From Thauera sp. (GTDB lineage Bacteria; Pseudomonadota; Gammaproteobacteria; Burkholderiales; Rhodocyclaceae): DNA of 64,000 nucleotides. The translations under genes were made by a program, and so were the position numbers. Shown piece by piece: positions 26,767-36,698 of the stretch. Numbering within the stretch: the first letter of the stretch is position 1; each line of letters opens with the position of its first letter. The notes beneath the pieces are model-generated. The model saw only the letters and a list, made by a program, of their open reading frames with translations, did no database searches and was not told the origin of the DNA. The DNA is taken from NCBI GenBank assembly GCA_016790365.1, contig JAEUNQ010000145.1, forward strand, positions 1,993 through 65,992. Direction: 5' to 3'.

Positions 26767-27228
26767 ATGACCCGCCGCCATTCTTCCCCCGTCCCCAGCT
26801 CGCTGCGCGCCGCGTTCGAAGCGGACAAGCTGAGTGCGCTCAAGCACCGCCGCCTCAACGTCGAGCGCCTGGCCGAGCTGCTCGGTACGACGCCCGCCAC
26901 CCTCTACAAGTGGATCGAGACCGACACCATGCCGGTGCGCGCGCTCATCGCCTGGCAGCACCTCACCGGCGCCGTCCACGTGGTGCGCTACCTCGCCAGC
27001 CGCGAGGGCGCGGTGGTGGTCGCCATCCCCACCGGGCGCACCGCCAGCGCCGAGGACGTGCATGCCCTGCAGGCCACCGTCAATGACGCCATCGGCGCGC
27101 TGCTGGACTACCTGCGCGGCTCGCTCGACCGAGACAGCACCCTGGGGCGGCTCACCACCGGCCTCGAATCGCTCGCCTGGCACCGCGCCAACGTCGAGAA
27201 GGCCGACCAACCCGAACTGGAGTTCTGA
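26767..27228 (+). CDS. HTH regulatory protein (phage CII-like)
   Basis: LNVERLAELLGTTPATLYKW HTH. Confidence 0.7.
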   Translation: MTRRHSSPVPSSLRAAFEADKLSALKHRRLNVERLAELLGTTPATLYKWIETDTMPVRALIAWQHLTGAVHVVRYLASREGAVVVAIPTGRTASAEDVHALQATVNDAIGALLDYLRGSLDRDSTLGRLTTGLESLAWHRANVEKADQPELEF

Positions 27229-27230
27229 CC

Positions 27231-27560
27231 ATGAGCACCTTCATCCCCGCCGACCTCGTTGTCGACCACGCCCGTCTGCGCATGCAGACCTGCCTCCAGG
27301 ACGCCCGCATCGCCGCCGACCTGCTGCGCGCCGGGCGCATCGACTGGCTTACCGCCCACCACCTGGTCGGCGCCCAGCAGACCATGGTCAACACCACCAG
27401 CTGGACGCTCGAGGCCGTGCTTGACGCCGCTGGCGTGTCCGGTGCTGTGGCGCAGGTGGCCGAACTGCGCGACACCACCCAGGCCGCCCTGCAGGCCCTG
27501 CAGGACGTGCTGCGCGAGCGCCACCTCTTCGACGGCCCCGCCGCGCGGAGGGCCGCATGA
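27231..27560 (+). CDS. Hypothetical early protein
   Basis: GGAG SD; translationally coupled to the next gene. Confidence 0.65.
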   Translation: MSTFIPADLVVDHARLRMQTCLQDARIAADLLRAGRIDWLTAHHLVGAQQTMVNTTSWTLEAVLDAAGVSGAVAQVAELRDTTQAALQALQDVLRERHLFDGPAARRAA

Positions 27561-27874
27561 GCCGCAACACCGACTACACCAACGCCGCGCAGCAGCGCCT
27601 GCTGCGCCTGCTCGTGGTGCTCTTCGGCGACGTGGTCAACGGCTACGCCGCCGGCGCCCTGGCCAAGGCCGTGGGCTGCTCGCCCGGCGTGATGACGCGC
27701 GATCTCGACAACCTGCGCACCGCCGGCGTCGCCGAGAAGGACGAGGACACCGGCCTGTGGCGCCTCACCGCCCGCCTGCCGCAGCAGGCCGTGAAGGTCT
27801 ATACGGCCATCGGCCGCGCCGAAACCCGCCTGGCCGAGGCCAAGGCTGCCATTCACCGCAACAGCGATTACTGA
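27557..27874 (+). CDS. IclR-like winged-HTH protein
   Basis: AQQRLLRLL...ALAKAVGCSPGVMTRDLDNL...GLWRLT. Confidence 0.75.
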   Translation: MSRNTDYTNAAQQRLLRLLVVLFGDVVNGYAAGALAKAVGCSPGVMTRDLDNLRTAGVAEKDEDTGLWRLTARLPQQAVKVYTAIGRAETRLAEAKAAIHRNSDY

Positions 27875-27900
27875 ACCACCTATCCAGGGAGCCAGAAAAA

Positions 27901-28803
27901 ATGACCGCAGGACGCAAACCCCTCGCCGTGCCCGACATTGTCGACGTCGAGGATGAATCGGAATCGGCAAGCAACGGGCTCGCAGTGATGCGAGAGCAAG
28001 TGCGCGAGCTCGCCGTGCGCAACGTCGAGGCCGAACAGCACGTACGCGCCGTGGCGCTGCAGGTCGGTTATTTGCTGCCAGCCGACTGCACCGACCCGGA
28101 CCTGATCCAGCGCGACATCAGCGCCAACATGCGGCGCTCGGTCGAGGCGTGCTTGGAGGTGGGGCGCGGGCTCACGGTGCTGAAGGCGGCGTGCGAGCAC
28201 GGGCAGTTCATGGCGCGCTTGGACGTGCTGGGGCTGAACGATCGTGTCGCCCGAAACTTCATGAGCGCTACTCGAAAGTTCTCAAATCGGTCGTCGACGT
28301 CCGTTTTGACTGCGGCCGGCAGCCAAACAAAGCTCTTCGAGCTGTTGATCCTCGACGACGATCAAGTCGAGGAGCTCGAGCTCACCGGCCAGACCGGCGA
28401 ACTCACGCTCGACGACGTGGCCGCGATGTCGGTCAAGGAACTGCGCGCCAAGCTGCGCGAACTGCGCCACGAGCTCAAGGCCACCGAAGAAATCTCCGCC
28501 GAGAAGACCCAGCGCATCGAGACGCTGCAGCGCGAGGCCAAGCGCATCGCCGCGGCGCCGCCCGACCAGGTGCTGGCCGATCTGCAGGCCGAGGCCACGC
28601 GCATGGCCAACGACGTGCGCGGCGGCATCATCGGCGCGCTGCGCCAGGCGCTGATCGCGCTCGACCTCCAGGAGGCTCGCCCCACGGTGTTCATGGCCGG
28701 ACTCGTCGGCCAGCTCGAAGACGACCTGCGCGCCTTGCGTGCGGAGTTTGCCCTGCCCGAGGTGTCGGCGGACGAACACGGCTGGATCGACGCCAGGGAC
28801 TGA
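27901..28803 (+). CDS. DUF3102-family protein
   Basis: LEVGRGLTVLKAACEHGQF...ARNFM; MSVKELR; lies directly upstream of the transposase. Confidence 0.75.
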   Translation: MTAGRKPLAVPDIVDVEDESESASNGLAVMREQVRELAVRNVEAEQHVRAVALQVGYLLPADCTDPDLIQRDISANMRRSVEACLEVGRGLTVLKAACEHGQFMARLDVLGLNDRVARNFMSATRKFSNRSSTSVLTAAGSQTKLFELLILDDDQVEELELTGQTGELTLDDVAAMSVKELRAKLRELRHELKATEEISAEKTQRIETLQREAKRIAAAPPDQVLADLQAEATRMANDVRGGIIGALRQALIALDLQEARPTVFMAGLVGQLEDDLRALRAEFALPEVSADEHGWIDARD

Positions 28804-28808
28804 ATCCG

Positions 28809-30569
28809 ATGAACGCCGCGCTCCTCCACGCCCTGTACGACGTGCACCACCGCGCCCAGCTCGCCGGCCACGGCGGCAAGACGGCGGTGTACGACGAGGC
28901 GTGCCGCCAGCTGGGCATGGCGCGCGCCACGCTGCTTCGCAAGTTGAAGGACATCACCGTGAAACCCGAACGCAAACAACGCTCCGACGCCGGCGCCGTC
29001 ACGCTGCCGCGCGCCGAGGCGGTGCTCGTCAGCGCCTTGCTGATGGACAGCCTGCGCAAGAACAACAAGCGCCTCATGAGCATCCCCCAGGCGGTGGAGC
29101 TGCTGCGTGCCAACGGCGAGATCCGCGCCGAGGCGCTCGACGCCGCCACCGGCGAGCTGCGCCCGCTGTCGGACAGCGCCATCGCCCGCGCCCTGCGCAC
29201 CTACCGCCTGCATCCCGACCAGCTGCTGCGCCCCAGCGCCCACACCGAGCTGCGCAGCCTGCACCCCAACCACGTGTGGCAAATCGACGCCTCGCTGTGC
29301 GTGCTGTACTACCTGCAGGCGGGCGACGCCCGCGAGGCCGGACTGCAGGTGATGGAGGCGGACAAGTTCTACAAGAACAAGCCGCGCAACCTCGCCCGCA
29401 TCGAGGCCGACCGGGTGTGGTCGTACGAGGCCACCGACCACTACTCGGGCAGCCTGCGCGTGCACTACGTGCTGGGCGCCGAGAGCGCCGCCAACCTGGC
29501 CGAGAGCTTCATCACCTTCACCCAGCAGGTGGGCGGCAGCCCGTTCTACGGCGTGCCCTTCATCCTGATGATGGACATGGGTAGCGCCAACACCGCGGGC
29601 GCCTTCAAGAACCTGGCGCGCCGGCTGCAGGTGCGGCTCGAGGCGCACATGCCGGGCAATGCGCGCGCCACCGGCCAGGTGGAAAACGCCCGCAACATCA
29701 TCGAGCGCAGCTTCGAGTCGGGCCTGCGCCTGTCGCCGGTGGCCAACCTCGACGAGCTCAACGCCGCGGCCGTGCGCTGGGCGCGCTGGTACAACGCCAG
29801 CAAGGTGCACAGCCGCACCCGGCGCACCCGCTTCGACGCCTGGATGGACATCACGCCCGAGCAGCTGCGCACGGTCGACGCCGAGCTCGCCCGCGAGCTG
29901 CTCACCCACGCACCCGAGTCGCGCAAGGTCAGCGGCACGCTCACGGTGAGCTTCAAGGGCGCCGAATACGACGTGCGCGAGCTGCCCGGGGTGATGGTCG
30001 GCGAAAAGCTCGAGGTCACCTACAACCCCTACAAGCCCGGCACCGCGGTGATCGTCGATCGCGCCGAGGACGGCAGCGAACTGCTGCACACCGTGCCGCG
30101 CGTCGAGCGCGACGAGGTCGGCTTCCGCGCAGACGCGCCAGTGATCGGCGAGGACTACGCCGCCCAGGCCGACACCGCCGCCGACACTCACCGCAAGCTG
30201 GTCGAGCGCGTGGCCACCGGTGCCGACACCGACGCCGAGGCCGCGGCCGTGCGCAAGACGCGCGCGGCGAGCTTTGGCGGGCGCATCGACCCGGCCAAGG
30301 TCATCGAGCAGACCCAGGTGCCCACCTACCTGCCACGCCGCGGCACCGAGCTCGACACCAAGGTGGTGTCGATCGACCGCAGCCCGGCCGTGCTGCTGAC
30401 CCACTTCCAGGCCGCCCAGGCGCTGCTGCGCGCCGGCCTGGCGCTGACCGCCGACACCCACGCCCGCATCGCCGAGTGGTACCCGGACGGCGTGCCCGAA
30501 ACCGACATCGAGCAACTGAAGCACCGCCTCACCGTGCGCAGCGGTCTGCGCGTGGTGGGTGGGCAATGA
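28809..30569 (+). CDS. DDE transposase A (rve/Tn552-B3 type)
   Basis: HPNHVWQIDAS, MMDMGSAN, NARATGQVE (D-D-E), RSDAG. Confidence 0.92.
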   Translation: MNAALLHALYDVHHRAQLAGHGGKTAVYDEACRQLGMARATLLRKLKDITVKPERKQRSDAGAVTLPRAEAVLVSALLMDSLRKNNKRLMSIPQAVELLRANGEIRAEALDAATGELRPLSDSAIARALRTYRLHPDQLLRPSAHTELRSLHPNHVWQIDASLCVLYYLQAGDAREAGLQVMEADKFYKNKPRNLARIEADRVWSYEATDHYSGSLRVHYVLGAESAANLAESFITFTQQVGGSPFYGVPFILMMDMGSANTAGAFKNLARRLQVRLEAHMPGNARATGQVENARNIIERSFESGLRLSPVANLDELNAAAVRWARWYNASKVHSRTRRTRFDAWMDITPEQLRTVDAELARELLTHAPESRKVSGTLTVSFKGAEYDVRELPGVMVGEKLEVTYNPYKPGTAVIVDRAEDGSELLHTVPRVERDEVGFRADAPVIGEDYAAQADTAADTHRKLVERVATGADTDAEAAAVRKTRAASFGGRIDPAKVIEQTQVPTYLPRRGTELDTKVVSIDRSPAVLLTHFQAAQALLRAGLALTADTHARIAEWYPDGVPETDIEQLKHRLTVRSGLRVVGGQ

Positions 30570-31798
30570 ACCCTGGAGATCCTGTGCTGAACCTGAAACT
30601 GCTGCTGCTGCAATTGGGCACCAACCAGAGCGAGCTGGCGCGCGCCGCCGAAGTCAGCCCGGCCACCGTGGCGCAACTGGCCAACCACGGCATGTGGCCG
30701 CGCAACAGCGCCCGCCGCCGCGCGCTGCGCACCGCCATCGAGCAGGCGCTTGCCGCCGCGGGCGCCACGCCGGCGCAAGTGGAAAGCGCATTCGAACACG
30801 GGCCCCGGTCGCGCAAGGGTGGCGCCGCCGGCGCGGCCGATGCCCTGGAACACCCCGAGCCCACCGACTCACCTGATCCGCACGACGAGGACGAGCAGAT
30901 GCTACTTCGCAACGAAACCCTGACCCCGGATGCGTGCGCGCACTTCGGCCTGCCGCGCAGCCCCTTCGTGGATGACGTGCGCGCGCTCGACGACGTCTTC
31001 GCCAGCGCCGCCACCCGCCGCACCCGTGCCGCGCTGATGGACTGCGCGCTCAACCAGGGCTTTCTGGCCCTCGTGGGCGAATCGGGCAGCGGCAAGACCA
31101 CCCTGCTCGAAGAGCTCGAGGAGCGCATCCGCATCGAGAGCCGCCCGGTGGTGGTGATCAAGCCCTACGTGATGGAGATGGAAAAGACCGAGCGCAGCGG
31201 CAAGCCGATGTGGGCCGGGCAGGTGTCCGAGGCCATCATCCGCGAGTTCGACCCCTCGGGCAGCATCCCCAGCTCGACCCAGGCGCGCAACAAGCGCGTA
31301 CGCGACCTGCTCGCCGCCAGCCAGCAGGCCGGCTACAACAACCTGCTGGTGATCGAAGAGGCGCACCGCCTGCCGGTGAGCACGCTGCGCGCGCTCAAGG
31401 GCTACATGGAGCTCAAGGTCGGCCTGCGCCGCCTGCTCGGTGTGGTGCTGATCGGCCAGCCCGAACTCGACAACACGCTCAGCGACAAGCTCGGCGACGT
31501 GCGCGAGATCGTGCAGCGCTGCGAGCGTCGCGAAATGCTGCCGCTCGACGACGACCTGCGCCCCTACCTGGCGCACAAGTTCGCCCGCGCCGGCACGCCG
31601 ATCGACAGCGTGCTCGACGAGGCCGCGATCGACGCCATCCGCGTGCGCCTGGTGCGCCGCCCGCGTGGCGGCAGCCCGGCCGAGGCGCGCAGCATCTGCT
31701 ACCCGCTGGTGTGCAACAACCTGGTGGTGCGCGCCATGAACGCCGCAGCCGCGGTGGCCATGCCGCGCGTGACCGCCGACGTGATCGCGGGGTGCTGA
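30566..31798 (+). CDS. Transposition ATPase (MuB/ExeA-like AAA) with N-terminal HTH
   Basis: GESGSGKTT Walker A, LLVIEEAH Walker B, LIGQPEL. Confidence 0.92.
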   Translation: MNPGDPVLNLKLLLLQLGTNQSELARAAEVSPATVAQLANHGMWPRNSARRRALRTAIEQALAAAGATPAQVESAFEHGPRSRKGGAAGAADALEHPEPTDSPDPHDEDEQMLLRNETLTPDACAHFGLPRSPFVDDVRALDDVFASAATRRTRAALMDCALNQGFLALVGESGSGKTTLLEELEERIRIESRPVVVIKPYVMEMEKTERSGKPMWAGQVSEAIIREFDPSGSIPSSTQARNKRVRDLLAASQQAGYNNLLVIEEAHRLPVSTLRALKGYMELKVGLRRLLGVVLIGQPELDNTLSDKLGDVREIVQRCERREMLPLDDDLRPYLAHKFARAGTPIDSVLDEAAIDAIRVRLVRRPRGGSPAEARSICYPLVCNNLVVRAMNAAAAVAMPRVTADVIAGC

Positions 31799-31800
31799 CC

Positions 31801-32016
31801 ATGGCGACCCAGCATGAGATCGAGACCGCGCTCAACATCGCCGACCGCGGCGCTCGCGTCGCCGTCACCGCCGGCGAGCTCGACAACGGCGACATCAGCC
31901 TGGTAGTGCAACTGGTCAGCGGCTGCAGCACTCCGCGCCGCATCGGCCACCTGCGCCTGAGCGAGGCTGCCGCGCTGGCGCTGACCGTGCAGCTGGGGGA
32001 GGCGCTCGGGCTATGA
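31801..32016 (+). CDS. Hypothetical early protein
   Basis: Packed ORF, coupled to the next gene by ATGA. Confidence 0.55.
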   Translation: MATQHEIETALNIADRGARVAVTAGELDNGDISLVVQLVSGCSTPRRIGHLRLSEAAALALTVQLGEALGL

Positions 32017-32954
32017 CCTCGCTCGCATCCGCCGCGCCGGCCGCCGCCGCCGCACTCGCCGACCGCATCCTCGCCGCGATCGCGCCCAACAACAGCAAGC
32101 GCCCGGCCCGGGCGGCCGACATCGCCGCCCAGCTCGGCGGCGACGAACGGCACTTCTGGGCGGCGCTCGAGCAGTTGCGGCGCGGATGCGCCATCAATAC
32201 CGCGCACATCCAGCGCGGCGCCGATCCGGTCCCCTGGCTGGCCATCTGGCCGACCGGGCTGCCCGTCGCACACCACAGCTGGCGAGACCTCAACGTCCGC
32301 GGCGGCTTCGCGGTGCATCGCACCGAAACCCCGCGCCGCTTCCCACAGTCGCCGGCCGCCCGGCGCGCAATCGAGGAGAACACCATGAGCAACAAGCCCT
32401 GCCGCCGCACCTCCGGAAAAGACCGCCGCGACCGCATCGCCGAGCTCGTTCGCGGCCGCCCGCTCGCGCAAGGGCTCACCTACGCCGAGGTGGCGCGTGA
32501 GCTGGGTCTGAGTTCCCAAGGGGTGGGCTATCTGGTCGAGGAGATGCTGGGCGGCCTGCGCGTAGCCCGGGGCTGCCTGGCCGGCGAGCGTGCGCACCGT
32601 TTGTACGACCCAGCAGCAGCGATCGACGATTCCGTCGTCCCCGCCGAAAGGGTCGAGGTGCCTGCCGCCACGACACCGCCCGCCGTGCCGGCAGCCAACG
32701 TCGTCGCCGGCCTGGCCGCCATCGCCGATGCCCTCGGCGGCATGGAGCCCGCCGACGACATCGATATCGGTGCCGCCGCGGCCCAGGTGGCCGAGGCGCC
32801 GCGTGTGCAGATCCACTTTGCCTTGTGGGACGACGGTGGCCTGTCGATCTACGACGGCGACGACCTGCTGCAGATCGCGCCCGCCGACGTGGCCCGCCTG
32901 GCCCGCCTGCTCGACGGCCTGGGCCGCGTGCGGGCCAGCGAGGTTGCCGCATGA
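32013..32954 (+). CDS. Hypothetical protein with HTH motifs
   Basis: LTYAEVARELGLSSQGVGYLV; possible internal start at MSNKP (GAGGAG SD). Confidence 0.6.
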   Translation: MTSLASAAPAAAAALADRILAAIAPNNSKRPARAADIAAQLGGDERHFWAALEQLRRGCAINTAHIQRGADPVPWLAIWPTGLPVAHHSWRDLNVRGGFAVHRTETPRRFPQSPAARRAIEENTMSNKPCRRTSGKDRRDRIAELVRGRPLAQGLTYAEVARELGLSSQGVGYLVEEMLGGLRVARGCLAGERAHRLYDPAAAIDDSVVPAERVEVPAATTPPAVPAANVVAGLAAIADALGGMEPADDIDIGAAAAQVAEAPRVQIHFALWDDGGLSIYDGDDLLQIAPADVARLARLLDGLGRVRASEVAA

Positions 32955-33448
32955 AAACCCGCTGCCCCAACTGCGGCGCCGTGATGAGTCTGGACGCGCT
33001 GATGTCGCACGAGGGCGCGCGCGAGGCGCTCGCCCTGGTGTTCCAGCTCTCGGGGGCGCTGGGTGCGGCGGTCACGCGCTACATCGGCCTGTTCCGGCCG
33101 GCGCAGCGCGAGCTGAGCCTGGACCGTGTCGCCAAGCTGCTGCGCGAGATCGTGCCCGACCTGCAGGCCCAGCGCATCGAGCGTGCCGGCGCCACCTGGC
33201 CGGCGCCGCCCGAGGCCTGGATCTGGGCCATCGGCCAGGCGCTCGAGGCGCGCGACACGGGCCGCCTCAAGCTACCGCTCACCTCCCATGGCTGGTTGTA
33301 CGAGGTGATCAGCGGCTGGCGCCCGGCCGCCGTGGCGGCGGCGCCGCTGCCCGCCCAGGGGACCGCCAACCTGCCCACGGCACGCCCCGCGCAGCCCTCG
33401 CGCACCCTGGGCGCCATCGCCGCCCTGGAGGACCGCGCCCGTGGCTGA
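32951..33448 (+). CDS. Conserved Mu-like early protein (CxxC N-terminus)
   Basis: MKTRCPNCGA...YIGLFRP...LPLTSHGWLYEV. Confidence 0.75.
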   Translation: MKTRCPNCGAVMSLDALMSHEGAREALALVFQLSGALGAAVTRYIGLFRPAQRELSLDRVAKLLREIVPDLQAQRIERAGATWPAPPEAWIWAIGQALEARDTGRLKLPLTSHGWLYEVISGWRPAAVAAAPLPAQGTANLPTARPAQPSRTLGAIAALEDRARG

Positions 33449-33866
33449 GATCGCCCGCTGGATCGAGCGCGAGGTGGCCCGCGGCCTGCAGGGCCTGGTC
33501 GCCCTGCGCCTGCCCGGTGCACCGGGCGAGGACGCGGTCACGCTCACCCTCGACATCTGGCTGGCGGCGCTGGCCGTGCGGGCCGCGAGCTGGGCCGAAG
33601 CGCAGGACGCGCCCCGCCTGCAGGCCGCCTTCCGCACGCTGTACGCGCAATGCACCACCTGGCCGGCGCCGCGCCAGCTGCTCGATGCGCTGCCCATCCG
33701 CGCACCGCCCACCGCGCTGCCGCCCCCGCCGATGACGGCCGAAGAACGCGCCGCCAACCGCGCCCGCCTTGCCGCACTGATGCAACAGCTTTCCACCCGC
33801 ATGACAGGACACGACCATGACCACCCCGAACACCCCCAGCGCCACCCGCGCAACCTCGGCGCATGA
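33441..33866 (+). CDS. Hypothetical early protein
   Basis: GLQGLVALRLPGAP...WPAPRQLL. Confidence 0.7.
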   Translation: MAEIARWIEREVARGLQGLVALRLPGAPGEDAVTLTLDIWLAALAVRAASWAEAQDAPRLQAAFRTLYAQCTTWPAPRQLLDALPIRAPPTALPPPPMTAEERAANRARLAALMQQLSTRMTGHDHDHPEHPQRHPRNLGA

Positions 33867-34473
33867 CGACGCCCCCGCCGGCTACATGCGCAACGCCGCC
33901 AACCACCTGGTGCCGATCGACCAGGTGCGCGAACAGGACCTGCTGCGCGACCAGGTCGCGCGCGAGATCGCCGTCGAGGCGGTCGCCCTCAACCAGCGCC
34001 TGCGCGAATTCAAGGCCCGCGCCCTCGGCGACGTGGCCGACCTGGTGCGCATCGCCGGCGAAAAGTACGAGGTGAACCTCGGCGGCAAGAAAGGGAACGT
34101 GCAGATCAGCACCTACGACGGCCGCTACAAGGTGGTGCGTAAGGTGGCCGAGCGCATCGCCTTCACCGAAGAGCTAGAGGCCGCCAAGGCGCTCATCAAC
34201 GGCTGCATCGACCGCTGGAGCGAAGGCGCCAACCCGCACATCCGCGCCCTGGTCGATCGCGCCTTCCGCACCGACACCAAGGGCCAGATCAAGACCACCG
34301 CGGTGCTCGAGCTGCTGCGCCTGGAGATCGACGACGCCGAATGGCAACGCGCCATGGAGGCCATCCGCGACAGCATCCAGAGCACCGGCACAGCCACCTA
34401 TGTGCGCGTGTACCAGCGCATCGGCGACTCGGACCAGTACCGCGCGATCGCGCTCGACCTGGCGGCGGTGTGA
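33817..34473 (+). CDS. DUF3164-family protein
   Basis: GGKKGNVQISTYDG, AAKALINGC, YVRVYQR. Confidence 0.88.
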   Translation: MTTPNTPSATRATSAHDDAPAGYMRNAANHLVPIDQVREQDLLRDQVAREIAVEAVALNQRLREFKARALGDVADLVRIAGEKYEVNLGGKKGNVQISTYDGRYKVVRKVAERIAFTEELEAAKALINGCIDRWSEGANPHIRALVDRAFRTDTKGQIKTTAVLELLRLEIDDAEWQRAMEAIRDSIQSTGTATYVRVYQRIGDSDQYRAIALDLAAV

Positions 34474-34474
34474 C

Positions 34475-34705
34475 ATGACCTATCCGATCGAAGTGGCGGT
34501 GCGCCATCGCTACAACGCGTACAACTGCCGCATTGGGAAAACGCGGGCAAGCAGCACGAACAGCGCGCAGGTCGCCGTCGAGCGTCTGATGGACAAGCTG
34601 TGGCCGCCGGGCACGCACCGCGCAACGCAGATCGCCCGCGGCGGCGACACCACCCATTTCCACATCATGCCTATCGAATTGGAGGTGAAGTATGGACAAA
34701 CGTGA
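34475..34705 (+). CDS. Small hypothetical protein
   Basis: Packed ORF between DUF3164 and DUF2786. Confidence 0.5.
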   Translation: MTYPIEVAVRHRYNAYNCRIGKTRASSTNSAQVAVERLMDKLWPPGTHRATQIARGGDTTHFHIMPIELEVKYGQT

Positions 34706-35384
34706 CGACATCCTCGCCAAGATTCGCAAGTGCATGGATCTGGCCAAGTCCAGCAGTGAGCACGAGGCAGCGGCTGCACTACGGCAAGCGCAGAAGCTGA
34801 TGGAGATGCATCAGGTCAGCAGCGCTGAGATGCTCGCTGTCGGCGTCGGTGAATCGAGGGCGAAGAGCGGCGCAGTCGCTCGACCCGCGAAGTGGGAGAG
34901 TGGCCTTGCCGGGCGAGTTGCCGGCGCCTTTGGCTGCAAACTCATCTTCATCAGGTCGTACTGGGATTTGGCGCACTGGCTCTTCGTTGGCGTAGCCCCC
35001 GCCAACGAGATTGCCGCCTATTCGTTCGAGGTTCTGTTGCGCCAGGCACTCAAGGCGCGAGGCGAGTTCATCGCGACGACGCTCAAGCGGATCAAGAAGT
35101 CGAACAAGACTCGCCGGGCCGACCTGTTCAGCGAGAGCTGGGTGTATGCGGCGTGCGCCAATGTCGCCGCACCAACGCCGCCGGAGGGCGCAGAGAGCGC
35201 TATCGACGCGCACATGCAGCTGCATCACCCCAGTCTTGGCGAGCTGGATGTGGCTGACCGGAACGCCGGTCGGAACTTGTCGGCAAAGGACGAAGCCGCG
35301 TTGGTCGCGGGGCGCCTGTCCGGGCGTGGGGCCCGGTTGCATGCAGGCGTAGCGACCACCACAAATCTCATGCTGGAGGGTTGA
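34692..35384 (+). CDS. DUF2786-domain protein
   Basis: ILAKIRKCMDLAKSSSEHEAAAALRQAQKLM. Confidence 0.85.
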   Translation: MDKRDDILAKIRKCMDLAKSSSEHEAAAALRQAQKLMEMHQVSSAEMLAVGVGESRAKSGAVARPAKWESGLAGRVAGAFGCKLIFIRSYWDLAHWLFVGVAPANEIAAYSFEVLLRQALKARGEFIATTLKRIKKSNKTRRADLFSESWVYAACANVAAPTPPEGAESAIDAHMQLHHPSLGELDVADRNAGRNLSAKDEAALVAGRLSGRGARLHAGVATTTNLMLEG

Positions 35385-35821
35385 TCATGGTTTCGGCAAC
35401 CCTGACTGCCACCCGGGCGGCACAGCACGCCCAGCTGATCCGCCAGATCCACACCGCCAAGCGCGACCTCGGCCTGGATGATGACACCTACCGCCTTACG
35501 CTGGCGCGCTTTGCCGCCGGCAAGACCAGCAGCAAGGACTGCAGCGCGGCCGAGCTGCACGCCGTCATCGAGCACTTCCACGATTCGGGCTGGCCGCGGG
35601 CCGGCGGTGCGCATCAAAAGCCGCTTTCGCCCCGGCAAAAGAAGATGTGGGCGCTGTGGCAGACGCTGGCCGACCAGGGCAAGGTGCGCAACCGCCGCAT
35701 GGCGGGCCTGCTGGGCTGGATCGCCGGGCAGACCGACAACCAGGTGCAACGGCTGGAGTGGCTCACCCCGGCACAGGAGCACACCCTGATCGAGTCCCTC
35801 AAGCAATGGGAGGCCCGCTGA
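35381..35821 (+). CDS. gemA: GemA (DUF1018, Mu gp16-like)
   Basis: IHTAKRDLGLDDDTYR...GKTSSKD...LIESLKQW. Confidence 0.9.
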   Translation: MIMVSATLTATRAAQHAQLIRQIHTAKRDLGLDDDTYRLTLARFAAGKTSSKDCSAAELHAVIEHFHDSGWPRAGGAHQKPLSPRQKKMWALWQTLADQGKVRNRRMAGLLGWIAGQTDNQVQRLEWLTPAQEHTLIESLKQWEAR

Positions 35822-35822
35822 C

Positions 35823-36260
35823 ATGAGCGCCGCGCCGAGCCGCCTGGCCCGCGCCACGGTCGACGAGCTGGCCCCGCTCGCTGCGCTGCTGGACCCGGCC
35901 TACCCGGAGAACTGGGCGCGCATCGCCGAGCGCCTGTACCTGTCGCTGCGCGACCGCCTGCCTGGTGAGGCCACGGCGCATGCTCACCTCGCGCTCGAGC
36001 TGGCCGAAGGGCTGCGCGCCGAGCTCGGCGGCAGCCAGTTCTATCTGGCCAAGGGCCAGGGCTACGAGCTGAGCCTGCGCGACCGCCAGATCCTGGCGCG
36101 CTTCACCGGGCACAACCACCGCGCCCTGGCGCAGGCCTTCGGGGTGACCGAGCGCCACGTGTACTCCATCGTCGAGCGGCGGGGCCGCGAAGAGTTCGAG
36201 CGCCGGCAGGCCAAGCTGCCGGGGCTGGACGCAGGCAGCGGCGCCGAGGGCAGATCGTGA
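35823..36260 (+). CDS. mor: Mor/C-family transcription activator
   Basis: LGGSQFYLAKG...RDRQILARFTGHNHRALAQAFGVTERHVYSIV. Confidence 0.9.
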   Translation: MSAAPSRLARATVDELAPLAALLDPAYPENWARIAERLYLSLRDRLPGEATAHAHLALELAEGLRAELGGSQFYLAKGQGYELSLRDRQILARFTGHNHRALAQAFGVTERHVYSIVERRGREEFERRQAKLPGLDAGSGAEGRS

Positions 36261-36357
36261 AATCGGCCCGCCGTGCCGTTTGCGGGGCGCTGCCGCCCCG
36301 GATGCCTGCGCGCGAGGGCGTTCGTGGCGCCAGGGGCTTTTATAAAAAGGCGCAGGG

Positions 36358-36651
36358 GTGGCCGCGGTGAAATCGAACGCGGCCGATGCGCCCGACCTCA
36401 CCGAACTGCTGTCGCTGTTCGCTCGCCTGCGCCCCGGGGCGCCCGCCAACTGGAGCACCCGCTACCGCATCGGGGTGATCCTGTCGAAGCACCTGGACGC
36501 CCACTGCACGCTGGCCGAGCTCGGCCGCGCGCTCGGGGTGACCCCGCAAAACGCGTACACTGAGTCGGTGCTCGCCCTGGGCACCCTGGTGTGCGCGCTG
36601 TATGTGCGCATGCACTTCGGCCGGTATCCGCTGCCGGCCGGAAAGCAATGA
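36358..36651 (+). CDS. Small HTH protein (sigma region-4-like)
   Basis: TLAELGRALGVTPQNAY; stop codon overlaps the late promoter box. Confidence 0.55.
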   Translation: MAAVKSNAADAPDLTELLSLFARLRPGAPANWSTRYRIGVILSKHLDAHCTLAELGRALGVTPQNAYTESVLALGTLVCALYVRMHFGRYPLPAGKQ

Positions 36652-36666
36652 AGCGCTTCATTTAGC
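36649..36666 (+). promoter_or_regulatory. Late promoter / Mor-family activator box (PI-like)
   Basis: TGAAGCGCTTCATTTAGC, then 19 nt, then CACAGT, upstream of the protease gene. Confidence 0.8.
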
Positions 36667-36698
36667 GCCCCCATCCCCGCGCGGACACAGTGCGGGGC

